Positions 50,051-58,395 of a DNA stretch of 64,000 nt are shown here, one piece after another. Where the stretch lies: the IMG/VR virus record IMGVR_UViG_3300025715_000017, positions 1-64,000 of that record. One strand, given 5' to 3'. Within the stretch, counting starts at the first letter, position 1. Every line of letters begins with the position of its first letter. A model generated the notes under the pieces. It worked only from the letters and a program-made list of their open reading frames with translations, was not told the origin of the DNA and ran no database searches. Source of the stretch: a virus (lineage: Duplodnaviria; Caudoviricetes). The position numbers were made by a program, and so were the translations under genes.

Positions 50051-50694
50051 ATTCTCGGATCTCCTTTCAAGTAATAGCCACAAAGATCATAAAATGCTCT
50101 GCTTGTTTCCATACCTGCCCACCCATCAATCTTACCCTCATAGTAACCCAAATCTTTTAAAAGTTTCTGTACTTTGGTTGCTAGGATAACTTCTTCAGTA
50201 GTTGGACGTGTATCCTTGAAACGCAAAATAGTAGTTATGCCTAAATATGATCTAATGTTAGACATATTTACGAATACACCAGGGCAGGATTTATTAACTG
50301 GAGATACCTCTGTCAACTTATCTCGGAGAATGATATCATTTACCTCGTTATGTCCAATTACATTCTCTGGTGGTATGTTATATTTTGACATGTCGTCTTG
50401 TGTGAGGCGTAAACCGGAATCTAGTTGACGTGGCGTGAGTGGCATGAAATCACCATGTCCTGAAAAACAATAGCCAATAGCCCTACTATTTAACCCTTGA
50501 ACATGGGCACCCGCTTCATCATATGATCTTCCATTCTCAATGGTGCCATCGAAACGGATGACACGTTGATACCCTATACCTTTCCACCCTCTTGCTTTAT
50601 GCCACTGATCTATCTCAGCAGCGCTAGTGTCAAGAGCAACACCTTCTTTTGTTGCGTGTGCAGCAGTATGCCACACAATGTACTGGAATTTCAT
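50047..50694 (-). CDS. Endolysin: N-acetylmuramoyl-L-alanine amidase (Amidase_2) with a C-terminal peptidoglycan-binding domain
   Basis: Zn ligand motifs 'IVWHTAA', 'GWKGIGY', 'GAHVQGLN', 'VIGHNEV' and 'KSCPG'. C-terminal 'VQKLLKDLGYYEGKIDGWAGMET'. Confidence 0.9.
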   Translation of the reverse strand: MKFQYIVWHTAAHATKEGVALDTSAAEIDQWHKARGWKGIGYQRVIRFDGTIENGRSYDEAGAHVQGLNSRAIGYCFSGHGDFMPLTPRQLDSGLRLTQDDMSKYNIPPENVIGHNEVNDIILRDKLTEVSPVNKSCPGVFVNMSNIRSYLGITTILRFKDTRPTTEEVILATKVQKLLKDLGYYEGKIDGWAGMETSRAFYDLCGYYLKGDPRI

Positions 50695-50761
50695 TTGACC
50701 TCACTTTCTCGTGACAGTAGCCACTCTTCAATTATTCTAGACACTGCACTATCAAATTCAG

Positions 50762-51016
50762 TTATACTCCGTTTGCCATCAATAACGTCATGGAAAAAGA
50801 TACACTTCGATGTATATTCACGGTTATATCGACATCGCGCATAATATCAAATTCCTGACGCATATAACAATGATCCATACGCATGGTATTCATTTCTCCA
50901 CGTAATTTTTCAATATCTTGTTTTTGTCTTGTGATTTCTCCTGCAAGACAGACAAAAGTTATTGAAACAACAACTATGAGAAGCATGAATAAAGCTATTG
51001 CAAATTCGACGCGCAT
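50762..51016 (-). CDS. Membrane-anchored coiled-coil protein (i-spanin-like topology)
   Basis: N-terminal TM helix followed by a heptad segment; adjacent to the endolysin gene. Confidence 0.45.
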   Translation of the reverse strand: MRVEFAIALFMLLIVVVSITFVCLAGEITRQKQDIEKLRGEMNTMRMDHCYMRQEFDIMRDVDITVNIHRSVSFSMTLLMANGV

Positions 51017-51252
51017 TGATTTTCCTCTGCGTATTCTAATAGACTGTTAAGATGGGTTTGAAACTCAAAATGAAATGTATTTAATTCTGCATATTTTTGT
51101 TGAAGATTTTTGTAAATTTCAAGTGGATCACCCTGATGAAATCGCAATTGATTATTGAGCAAGACAATATCTTTTTCAACTTGCTCATAAGCATCGGCTT
51201 TTTCAGCGATCACTTTCGCCAAGATACTAAGTATTGTTATATCATTATTCAT
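50995..51252 (-). CDS. Hypothetical helical protein (85 aa)
   Basis: ATG start, tight packing and an amphipathic helical sequence. Confidence 0.55.
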   Translation of the reverse strand: MNNDITILSILAKVIAEKADAYEQVEKDIVLLNNQLRFHQGDPLEIYKNLQQKYAELNTFHFEFQTHLNSLLEYAEENQCASNLQ

Positions 51253-51289
51253 GTTATCAATCTGGAATTATTTACCCATTCGTCTTCTC

Positions 51290-51427
51290 TTAAAAAGCCT
51301 CTATTGTAGTATATTTAATAGGCTGTTCTAACTCCTCCTCAGCCTTTTTTATAGCCTCATTTGCCAATACATATACGGTTCTTGCCGGTACCAATGTATA
51401 AGGCACAGTGATCTTGAATAGTGTCAT
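51290..51427 (-). CDS. Small protein (45 aa), possibly truncated by a 1-nt frameshift
   Basis: AAGGAG RBS. MTLFKITVPYTLVPARTVYVLANEAIKKAEEELEQPIKYTTIEAF*; the -1 frame continues to a TGA overlapping the next ATG. Confidence 0.5.
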   Translation of the reverse strand: MTLFKITVPYTLVPARTVYVLANEAIKKAEEELEQPIKYTTIEAF

Positions 51428-51430
51428 ATT

Positions 51431-51574
51431 TTATCTCCTTATAGTACAAGTAGGTCCTGGCCATATGATTTCACCTTGCACCTTTTTAAGAGCCGAAGTA
51501 GGATCTTTTGCAACTACATAAAAATAAGATTTAACTGATCCTCAAACTTGATAAAGATTTAATTTTTTATCCAT
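51431..51574 (-). pseudogene. Small ORF interrupted by an in-frame TGA
   Basis: MDKKLNLYQV*GSVKSYFYVVAKDPTSALKKVQGEIIWPGPTCTIRR*, with TGA at 51544-51542 and a GGAGG upstream. Resembles the neighbouring small ORF (L[FY].[IV]...YV[VL]A...A.KK). Confidence 0.5.
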
Positions 51575-52332
51575 AATACCTCCGCGGCTTGTCCACCTTT
51601 GATCCCGCCTGGTCTTTCCCATTCATATCTTGCATCCCAAGGTGAATTTTCGTATAGCGGGGTGGGATAGCCAGATAATGCTACAAAACCTTTCATTTTG
51701 AAAATGATTTCGAGCATGTGCTTATGATCCACTGTATGTTTATAGTGATTATTATCTTGATCTAAGTAGGGTGGATCCAAATAAAATACTGTATCTGGAG
51801 AATCATAATCAAACATGACTGCATACCAGTCGAGATTCTCTACTTGCACATTTTTGAAACGTTCATGTATTGTTGGAAATAATAGAATCTTGCCACGATA
51901 TTGCGCAGCAACTTCATTACGCTTTTTAATAGAGCGCATCCAGCAACGATCAATCCCAGCATAGGATGTCTGCACTAAATAATACCAACGTGCAGCTCGT
52001 TCTACTAGACCTTCCGTAGTACCTGGGTCAGGTTCATTCCAATGCTCTTTGCAATACTCCCATTCCTCACGACTATGCAAAACTAACTCAAGGCGCTCCA
52101 CAAGAGCATCGCAATGATCCCGTATACAACGATAGAAATCAACAAGACCTGTGAAACGATCATTATAAACTTCCAAACCATGAGGACGTCTCCCTAATAA
52201 TACTGCACCTGAGCCACCGAAAACATCAACGAAAGTACTGCGATATGGTAAATGATCCAATATGTGCACTAACGAGGAATATTTATTGCCAGGATACCGC
52301 ATTGGTGGTTTCATGGCTTTTCTGAAATTCAT
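51559..52332 (-). CDS. DNA adenine methyltransferase (Dam/D12-like class)
   Basis: 'RYPGNKY', motif I 'FVDVFGGSGAV', 'EVYND' and catalytic 'FYLDPPY'. Confidence 0.9.
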   Translation of the reverse strand: MNFRKAMKPPMRYPGNKYSSLVHILDHLPYRSTFVDVFGGSGAVLLGRRPHGLEVYNDRFTGLVDFYRCIRDHCDALVERLELVLHSREEWEYCKEHWNEPDPGTTEGLVERAARWYYLVQTSYAGIDRCWMRSIKKRNEVAAQYRGKILLFPTIHERFKNVQVENLDWYAVMFDYDSPDTVFYLDPPYLDQDNNHYKHTVDHKHMLEIIFKMKGFVALSGYPTPLYENSPWDARYEWERPGGIKGGQAAEVLWIKN

Positions 52333-53051
52333 TTTTCAGCCTCCAATCTGTTGAAAAAACGTGTGGCGAGTCTATTCACTGTTGTATCTTTAAATGGTCT
52401 ACTTGAGTATTTAGACATTTCTTCTAATTGCCACCATAAATCAGGATATTCTTTGTAAAGTGTATATAATTCCGATAAGGGCTGTAGGGGACAACAATAA
52501 CAACTTACACGCTTAAATTTTGTGTATAGGCCATTCCAAGTGAAACCCTTATCATAACAATATTCCAATGCTTCTTCTTCGGTTACACCCCATTCAACTA
52601 ATGGGTATCTTAAATGTGCATGTTCATTTATTCGCTTATACTCATCAGAAGCAATACCTACATATTGTGTTACATAAGAAGGCAATGTGAAACGGCTTTG
52701 CTGATGTGGATCATATCTACTTGTCATAATCATAGATTGAATCGCTCTGATTTTGATTTTCGTACACCATCTGCTATTAACACCGGGAAAACCATAACCA
52801 GTTGTGATTGGTCTTTTTGTTTTTGTTTTACGTCTTCGCCTAAACCAATAATCATAATCCATTGTTGCCGTTTTAATTTTAAGTGGCTTTATATATTCTT
52901 TTACCTCTTCAATATGCTTATACATATCGGGAAATTCTTTTGTGGTATCCACGAAAATGATCTGATGAATGGGCATTTTCTTCTCAATCATCATTAATAG
53001 CATACAAGTGCTATCTTTTCCACCACTGAAACTTACAACATGAATAGTCAA
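52329..53051 (-). CDS. PAPS reductase-family (PP-loop, Fe-S) protein
   Basis: PP-loop 'VVSFSGGKDST', 'FVDTTKEFP', 'RWCTKIKI', 'YPLVEWG' and 'RVSCYCCP'. Confidence 0.85.
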   Translation of the reverse strand: MTIHVVSFSGGKDSTCMLLMMIEKKMPIHQIIFVDTTKEFPDMYKHIEEVKEYIKPLKIKTATMDYDYWFRRRRKTKTKRPITTGYGFPGVNSRWCTKIKIRAIQSMIMTSRYDPHQQSRFTLPSYVTQYVGIASDEYKRINEHAHLRYPLVEWGVTEEEALEYCYDKGFTWNGLYTKFKRVSCYCCPLQPLSELYTLYKEYPDLWWQLEEMSKYSSRPFKDTTVNRLATRFFNRLEAEK

Positions 53052-53191
53052 ATGTAGTCACCTTCTTTGAAATCTTTTAATAACATACGTTCTTTATTAC
53101 AGTATAGTAAAAGATGATAACTCTCAAGAGTCTTGATGTTTGTGACATCTTTACCTTCAAGCATTTTCTTAATAGCCTCTTTCTTATTCAT
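53048..53191 (-). CDS. Small hypothetical protein (47 aa)
   Basis: MNKKEAIKKMLEGKDV...; its stop overlaps the next start. ATG 53191 is preferred. Confidence 0.45.
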   Translation of the reverse strand: MNKKEAIKKMLEGKDVTNIKTLESYHLLLYCNKERMLLKDFKEGDYI

Positions 53192-53302
53192 GACTTTTGA
53201 CAATGGGCTGCCAATCTTGAGATGACAAGGTAGATAGTAAAAGGGCATCATTACTTATTTTCTGCTTGTGTGACAATGATTATGCCCAATATGACTTTAT
53301 TA

Positions 53303-53647
53303 CTATTTTTCAATGCTTCCATGGGTGTCACAATCTACCCTTTTCAAATTATGCAGTAGCCATTCCAAACAATTCACAGCCATCGCATTACCTAAAACCT
53401 TTTGTCTTAGCGTGTGTGGAAATTTATTATTAAACATAACTGCTGTATATTCATCAGGAAAACCTTGTAAACGCTCAAGCTCTACTATTGTTTGATGACG
53501 TATATTTATTTTGTGTCTAGGTGCTTTATCTGTAACTATTAGATCTGAATATCTTCCATGTGAATTATCCACTATCGTAGAGGCGCGATTACTTAGAACA
53601 TATTCATCAAAAGATATTTTTCTATAGTATTTTAAGTTTTTCAACAT
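53303..53647 (-). CDS. C5 cytosine methyltransferase, C-terminal part (motifs IX-X)
   Basis: 'RHQTIVELERLQGFPDEYT' (IX) and 'RQKVLGNAMAVNCLEWL' (X). Has its own ATG with AGAGAGG upstream. Confidence 0.8.
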   Translation of the reverse strand: MLKNLKYYRKISFDEYVLSNRASTIVDNSHGRYSDLIVTDKAPRHKINIRHQTIVELERLQGFPDEYTAVMFNNKFPHTLRQKVLGNAMAVNCLEWLLHNLKRVDCDTHGSIEK

Positions 53648-53652
53648 ACTTC

Positions 53653-54282
53653 TTACCCTGCCTCTCTGTTAGGAAATAAGATGGAAGCACATGCCCAGTT
53701 TCTAATATTTGATGAATATCTATTTGCGCATAACCATACTCTGCGCCTTCCCTGTGCCAATCCAAAATATCGTGCATCAAGAATGCGCCAAGCAATTTGT
53801 CTTTTTGATCCAGACACAAAACCCGCGTTTGCCCATCTTGTTCCAATGGGATTAAGCGCATTCTGCGATCCAGACAAGTACCCAATGAATTGTCCAAAAG
53901 CGTTATCCTTAGTACTTAAACATCCGGGAACATTTTCCCAAATAATATATTTAGGATCTATTGCATCCACGTATTTTATAAATTCCAAAGTTAATTCACC
54001 ACGAGGATCATTTAATGATCGACGTGAACCAGCAACACTGAAAGATTGACAAGGTGTACCACTAACAACAAGATCAAGTTCACATTCAGGCCAATTTCGC
54101 CACCCTAAAAAATTGCCATAATTAGGCGTTTTAGGATAGTGATATCGTAAAATTGCCGAAGCAAAAGGATCAATTTCTGCCATATACATATGCTCAAAGT
54201 CACCGACCCTTTTTGCAGCTAATTCTGCTGCTCCAATACCAGAACAAACTGTGGCAAATTTAATATTTTTCAAATTTTCCAT
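53653..54282 (-). CDS. C5 cytosine methyltransferase, N-terminal part (motifs I-VIII)
   Basis: 'TVCSGIG' (I), 'AEID' (II), 'SGTPCQSFSVAG' (IV, catalytic PC), 'WENVPG' (VI) and 'QGRRRVW' (VIII). Stops 5 nt before the next ATG. Confidence 0.85.
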   Translation of the reverse strand: MENLKNIKFATVCSGIGAAELAAKRVGDFEHMYMAEIDPFASAILRYHYPKTPNYGNFLGWRNWPECELDLVVSGTPCQSFSVAGSRRSLNDPRGELTLEFIKYVDAIDPKYIIWENVPGCLSTKDNAFGQFIGYLSGSQNALNPIGTRWANAGFVSGSKRQIAWRILDARYFGLAQGRRRVWLCANRYSSNIRNWACASILFPNREAG

Positions 54283-54493
54283 CTGAACCAATCTGACGGC
54301 AATTCACGATACGCGGCCGTGTTCCATGATAAATATAAGGTACAATATCAGAAACTTCTACGAAATGGCCTATAGGATCCTTATGATCTTCATCCATCCA
54401 AGCAGTTAGATTGACTTTATAAGCAGTGCCCTTGTCGTCAAAGCACAAATAAGTATTGTCAGTCTTATTATAGCTCGTTACTCGAAGAATCAT
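54260..54493 (-). CDS. Hypothetical protein (77 aa)
   Basis: ATG 54493 overlaps the primase 3' end; tight packing. Confidence 0.5.
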   Translation of the reverse strand: MILRVTSYNKTDNTYLCFDDKGTAYKVNLTAWMDEDHKDPIGHFVEVSDIVPYIYHGTRPRIVNCRQIGSDGKFEKY

Positions 54494-57143
54494 TGCAAAC
54501 CTCCATGAGAATCCCACCAGATGTAAGAGTCAGCGCTGGTGATTTCGATTCCTTTTTGACAAAAGACATGTTACCATACACCATAATACTTGTATTTTGC
54601 ATACGTCCGCGGGGATACTTTGTTGGCATTTGACGACTCACTTGAATCTTCGACCAATAAGTACGGTCGAGAGGATCAAGATATTCCTGAAAGGCTGCAA
54701 AAAAGTCTTTCACAGTCACATACTCCCCAGGAACGAAATGGACATTGTTCTCTAGGAAGCGATCAAGTAGATTCACATTACTTTCCATAATGATTGTCTT
54801 CTGCTCCGAAGTTATGACCGGCAAATTCAACCGATCTGGTGAAGTAGGTATATCTAATGATAACACCTCTGCTAAAAAATCAGGAGCCTCTCTCCTGAGA
54901 TTCTGAAGTAATACTTCTTTTGGTATGACTGTTGATAAACCTGGTACTTCCGAAACGATTATGCGTGTATCTCCTGGAAATACTGGACAAGCTTGACGAT
55001 CATTTGCACATTGTACCCAATGCGTGACGTTTGGTATCTGATAAGGTGTTTGAAATTTCGTATGCACCATGAGTTGTAAGCTTGTGACCCAATCTTTGAT
55101 CCTGTTGTATGCTGTTTTATTGCTTCGCAGATCAGTTTCTTCAATAACACACAATACCGCATTCACTAACTCACCAGTGAAACCACCTACGCTAACAATG
55201 GCATTATCTGCTCTAACATATCCTGGGTGAAATAATAGAGAAAGAGCCTCATGAAATATGGATTTACCGGAATTCTGAGGCCCATAGAAAAATAAATATG
55301 GCAATGGCTTTTCGGGATATTGAAACATGCTTGCGATCCAGCATTTCAAATAATCAGAGCCGTGATGTATTCCATACTTTCTACACCAATCATCTTTCAT
55401 TATTGCAACATCTAAGCTCTGTCCACAATGTTTCAGGATTTTCATCCAATGTGGATATGATCTTTCTTCATCAATAGAAGGTTCCATAGTAAATTGTGGA
55501 CTATTGCGATTCCATTCCCTATTTCCTGGGTATTCTGGTTGAAATGGCTTGTTTACTTCCGTCCAGCATTCCGTGACACTTGTACCAATGAAATTATCTA
55601 TTTCTTTAGGCCCATAACCTTGGCTTTTCAGCGCCGCCTTGACATGAATAAGAGGTTCTTCATGCCAACTTCCACCTGCTGATATTACCCAACCTGCATC
55701 ATGTCCTGCTTGGTCTACGACATGCCTAATTGTGTCGTTGACCATAGAGGCTCTTGGTATGGTGTCTACAGGTGTCTTATATATCAAAGAGAATATGCGC
55801 GTCCACATTTTATCTTTTGCTAATTCCCAACCTGTTAATGGTAAATCGCGATCATCTCTTTGTATTTTGACTATAAGTCGCCCATCTTTATGCTCTTGAA
55901 CGATAGTCTGGCGTGTTAAAAGTGCTTCAGGAAGATCAAAAGTAACACCTAAAGGTTCCAGAACCATAATGGCTGTTTTGGCATCATCAAAAATGAAACC
56001 CCCTTTTTCTCGCTCTACGCCGTGATACTTTTTCGCTAGTATTCTGAGAGTGGGTTCACGATTCAAATATGTATAACATACGCCTCTGGAATCGCGGAAC
56101 CATGTTTCATGTTCTTCAACATTTTGGAACCTATAAACAACAAATGCCCCATTTGATAATGGGACACAAAAACAATTATGATCGACACCGGGTTCTGTTT
56201 CTGAAACGGTGTTGAAAATACCTTTCAATCCTAATTCTTCATGAATCTGCTTCAACGTCGCAGTATGTGTAACTAATAAATTACGATCAGCATCCCACCA
56301 AGACATTGTATTGTCTAGGGCTTTGATAATTTTCTTGTGTGTTTCATCTAGTGGGATATGCCTACGCTCGGAAAGAAAATAATCATCTTCATTATTTAAA
56401 ATGACACGTGTTGTTTTCTTTTGGATCACAGGCACTTGTTTTTGCCAATTGGCGGGAATCTCAGATAATTTCTCCCCTTGTTTTATGATCGTGAGGCCAT
56501 CTGTGCCTTCCATCTTTCTAGCCCAAGACCACATAACCCCACCACATACATCTACTTTGGCGGAAAAATTGAAACCTGCTTCTGAAGACATTTTGTTGAG
56601 AATTGCTCTTGCTAAAGCAGCATGTTCAGTATGATTGACAACAGGTTCATGGAAATCCAAAAATACATACAGATGTATGCCAGAACCACTTGTGCTCTTT
56701 CTTACTGTCACCCAAGGGATCATTGAAGCACGTTCTTTTATTTCTTCTAACTCATTTAAAGATAATCCTTGAGAATGCCCAACAATTGAATCAAAATCGA
56801 AGGCAACGAATATGCTTCGTTTTTCTGCCCAATTCCATCCGGTCATGCCAATAGCCTCGGCATGTGCCGCAAGATCATAATTCATTGGCGTATCGGAATA
56901 TTCTGGGAAGGTCGCGGCATTTTTGGGTATACGAAATGAATACCAAGTCTCTTTGTCGTTTGTATACATCAGCCCTGATGGCCCTTTGTACTCTTTCGAT
57001 AGTATATATCCATCATCTTGAGAAACAAGAATCATGCATTCCATATCCACGTTGTAAAGATCATAAAGATCAGAAGCATTACTTTTTTGCAACATTTTCT
57101 TGATTGCTGCGCTTTTTGATCCATCTTTCGTGAAAGCGTCCAT
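54468..57143 (-). CDS. Primase-helicase (AEP primase-polymerase domain plus SF3/D5-like helicase)
   Basis: AEP motifs 'FVAFDFD' and 'RKSTSGSGIHLY'; Walker A 'FFYGPQNSGKS', Walker B 'LCVIEE' and motif C 'VQCAN'. Confidence 0.85.
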   Translation of the reverse strand: MDAFTKDGSKSAAIKKMLQKSNASDLYDLYNVDMECMILVSQDDGYILSKEYKGPSGLMYTNDKETWYSFRIPKNAATFPEYSDTPMNYDLAAHAEAIGMTGWNWAEKRSIFVAFDFDSIVGHSQGLSLNELEEIKERASMIPWVTVRKSTSGSGIHLYVFLDFHEPVVNHTEHAALARAILNKMSSEAGFNFSAKVDVCGGVMWSWARKMEGTDGLTIIKQGEKLSEIPANWQKQVPVIQKKTTRVILNNEDDYFLSERRHIPLDETHKKIIKALDNTMSWWDADRNLLVTHTATLKQIHEELGLKGIFNTVSETEPGVDHNCFCVPLSNGAFVVYRFQNVEEHETWFRDSRGVCYTYLNREPTLRILAKKYHGVEREKGGFIFDDAKTAIMVLEPLGVTFDLPEALLTRQTIVQEHKDGRLIVKIQRDDRDLPLTGWELAKDKMWTRIFSLIYKTPVDTIPRASMVNDTIRHVVDQAGHDAGWVISAGGSWHEEPLIHVKAALKSQGYGPKEIDNFIGTSVTECWTEVNKPFQPEYPGNREWNRNSPQFTMEPSIDEERSYPHWMKILKHCGQSLDVAIMKDDWCRKYGIHHGSDYLKCWIASMFQYPEKPLPYLFFYGPQNSGKSIFHEALSLLFHPGYVRADNAIVSVGGFTGELVNAVLCVIEETDLRSNKTAYNRIKDWVTSLQLMVHTKFQTPYQIPNVTHWVQCANDRQACPVFPGDTRIIVSEVPGLSTVIPKEVLLQNLRREAPDFLAEVLSLDIPTSPDRLNLPVITSEQKTIIMESNVNLLDRFLENNVHFVPGEYVTVKDFFAAFQEYLDPLDRTYWSKIQVSRQMPTKYPRGRMQNTSIMVYGNMSFVKKESKSPALTLTSGGILMEVCNDSSSNEL

Positions 57144-57290
57144 CAATACTCCAATTTCACATTATTAGCATTTCTGCAAAGTAGCACTATTCACACTTTG
57201 CCCCATTTCCATTACATCTATTAAACGTATATGTGATGAATAAAAACACCCAAAGTTATGTAAGCAAAATCCATGCCTTCTGGGAAGGTA

Positions 57291-57553
57291 GAACACGTGT
57301 CTTAGAATGACGCTGAATGCCCCTAGAATGCCCTGTAAGGCGTTTTCAAGTCTTACCCTTTATAATATGACTTTTGAAAATGAAAACGCCTTACAAGGCA
57401 TTCTAGGAACACAGGTCTTAGAACACAGGTCTTAGAAACACAGGTCTTAGAATGACGCTGAATGCCCCTAGAATGCCCTGTAAGGCGTTTTCAAGTCCTA
57501 CCCTTTATAATATGACTCTTGGGAATGAAAATGCCTTACAGGGCATTTTAGAA
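57291..57553. repeat. Two ~110-bp direct repeats, each a 26-bp hairpin, separated by tandem 14-15-bp repeats
   Basis: Units start at 57299 and 57444. Hairpin arms are 57323-57348/57381-57406 (25/26) and 57468-57493/57526-57551 (24/26). GAACACAGGTCTTA tandem copies start at 57407, 57421 and 57435, with a variant at 57291. Confidence 0.9.
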
Positions 57554-57561
57554 AACCCATA

Positions 57562-58072
57562 CTAAAAATGAAGTGAGTCATAACTTTCGGTCATATATTT
57601 TTATGAATAATATGAATAGAATATAAAAACACTTATTTTTCATAACTTTCAGCGGAATATTAATGCTAAAAAAATCAATAGGGCCGAAAGTTGCGTAATT
57701 TAAAATCAACAAAATCAATAACTTACAAGAGAATTTCGCAACATTCGGTCTTACTTTTACAAAGTTATGGCAAAATACTCTCTCTTTATTATTTTTCATT
57801 TCATTTCATTTTATATATTAAAGGTTTTTTACTACAACTTATGTGTAAGTAAGACCGAATGTTGCGAAATTGCGAGTTAAGTTATTGAAAATGCCATATT
57901 TAAGTTACGCAACTTTCGACGTGATTGATTTTTTTAGCATTAATATATGACCGAATCCTATGAATTTCATTGATATTAATAGTATACATACCGTTTTTAC
58001 TACAACTTTCGGTCCTATAGGTAATTAACGCATAAATATATGACCGAATCTTATGACTCACTTCATTTTTAG
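57562..58072. repeat. Nested imperfect palindrome around an AT-rich core; putative replication origin
   Basis: Arms 57732-57756/57847-57871 (25 bp perfect), 57715-57725/57878-57888 and 57659-57704/57899-57944 (46 bp, about 5 mismatches) are all centred on 57801.5. An outer arm pair lies at 57562-57605/58031-58072. Confidence 0.8.
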
Positions 58073-58082
58073 CATTTTCAAA

Positions 58083-58111
58083 TTTACGCAACTTCAGGTG
58101 TCTTTTATAGT
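58083..58111 (+). promoter_or_regulatory. Putative sigma70-type promoter for the rightward replication block
   Basis: TTTACG-N17-TATAGT. The -35 element overlaps a copy of the TTACGCAACTT motif. Confidence 0.45.
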
Positions 58112-58176
58112 GTGTTTTTTCGTTTATTATATGGAAGTCGAAAATGCGGTTAAAACGAATCTTACAAGGTGTTGAT

Positions 58177-58395
58177 ATGAGCATAATGCTAAAAGTGCTA
58201 AATCTACGAATTGACAGAGAGCCTGAGAATGATCTTGCTTTCTTACAGCAGAGCATTCAAGAGCATGGTCTTCTCTTTCCGATTCTAGTAGATCATACTG
58301 ACACTGTTGTTGATGGCGTTCGCCGTGTTGAAGCTTGTAAGCGGCTAGGGATTGAAGATATCCCTGCCATACGTGTAAATGGAATGATCCAATGA
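58177..58395 (+). CDS. Stand-alone ParB N-terminal (ParB/Srx) domain protein (72 aa)
   Basis: 'LQQSIQEHGLLFPILV...VVDGVRRVEACKRLG...IPA'; no HTH. ATG 58177 is preferred. Confidence 0.75.
   Translation: MSIMLKVLNLRIDREPENDLAFLQQSIQEHGLLFPILVDHTDTVVDGVRRVEACKRLGIEDIPAIRVNGMIQ

Noticed and set aside
51542-51544. Genome-wide TGA reassignment
   Set aside because: Many genes end at TGA in ATGA overlaps, and all long ORFs are intact under the standard code.
53622-53897. Third-frame 91-aa ORF as a bridge joining the two MTase halves
   Set aside because: It has no MTase motifs, and joining through it would need two frameshifts.
57349-57380. TATAAT in the hairpin loops as sigma70 promoters or N4-type hairpin promoters
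   Set aside because: There is no -35 at 16-18 nt spacing. The loops are 32 nt rather than 3-4 nt, and no virion RNA polymerase gene is seen.
57291-57553. CRISPR or mini-array
   Set aside because: The short repeats are directly tandem with no spacers, the long unit has only two copies, and no cas genes are present.
57562-58072. Hairpin telomere (N15 telRL-like) site
   Set aside because: The centre is an unpaired AT-rich spacer rather than a perfect palindrome, and no protelomerase is seen in the window.
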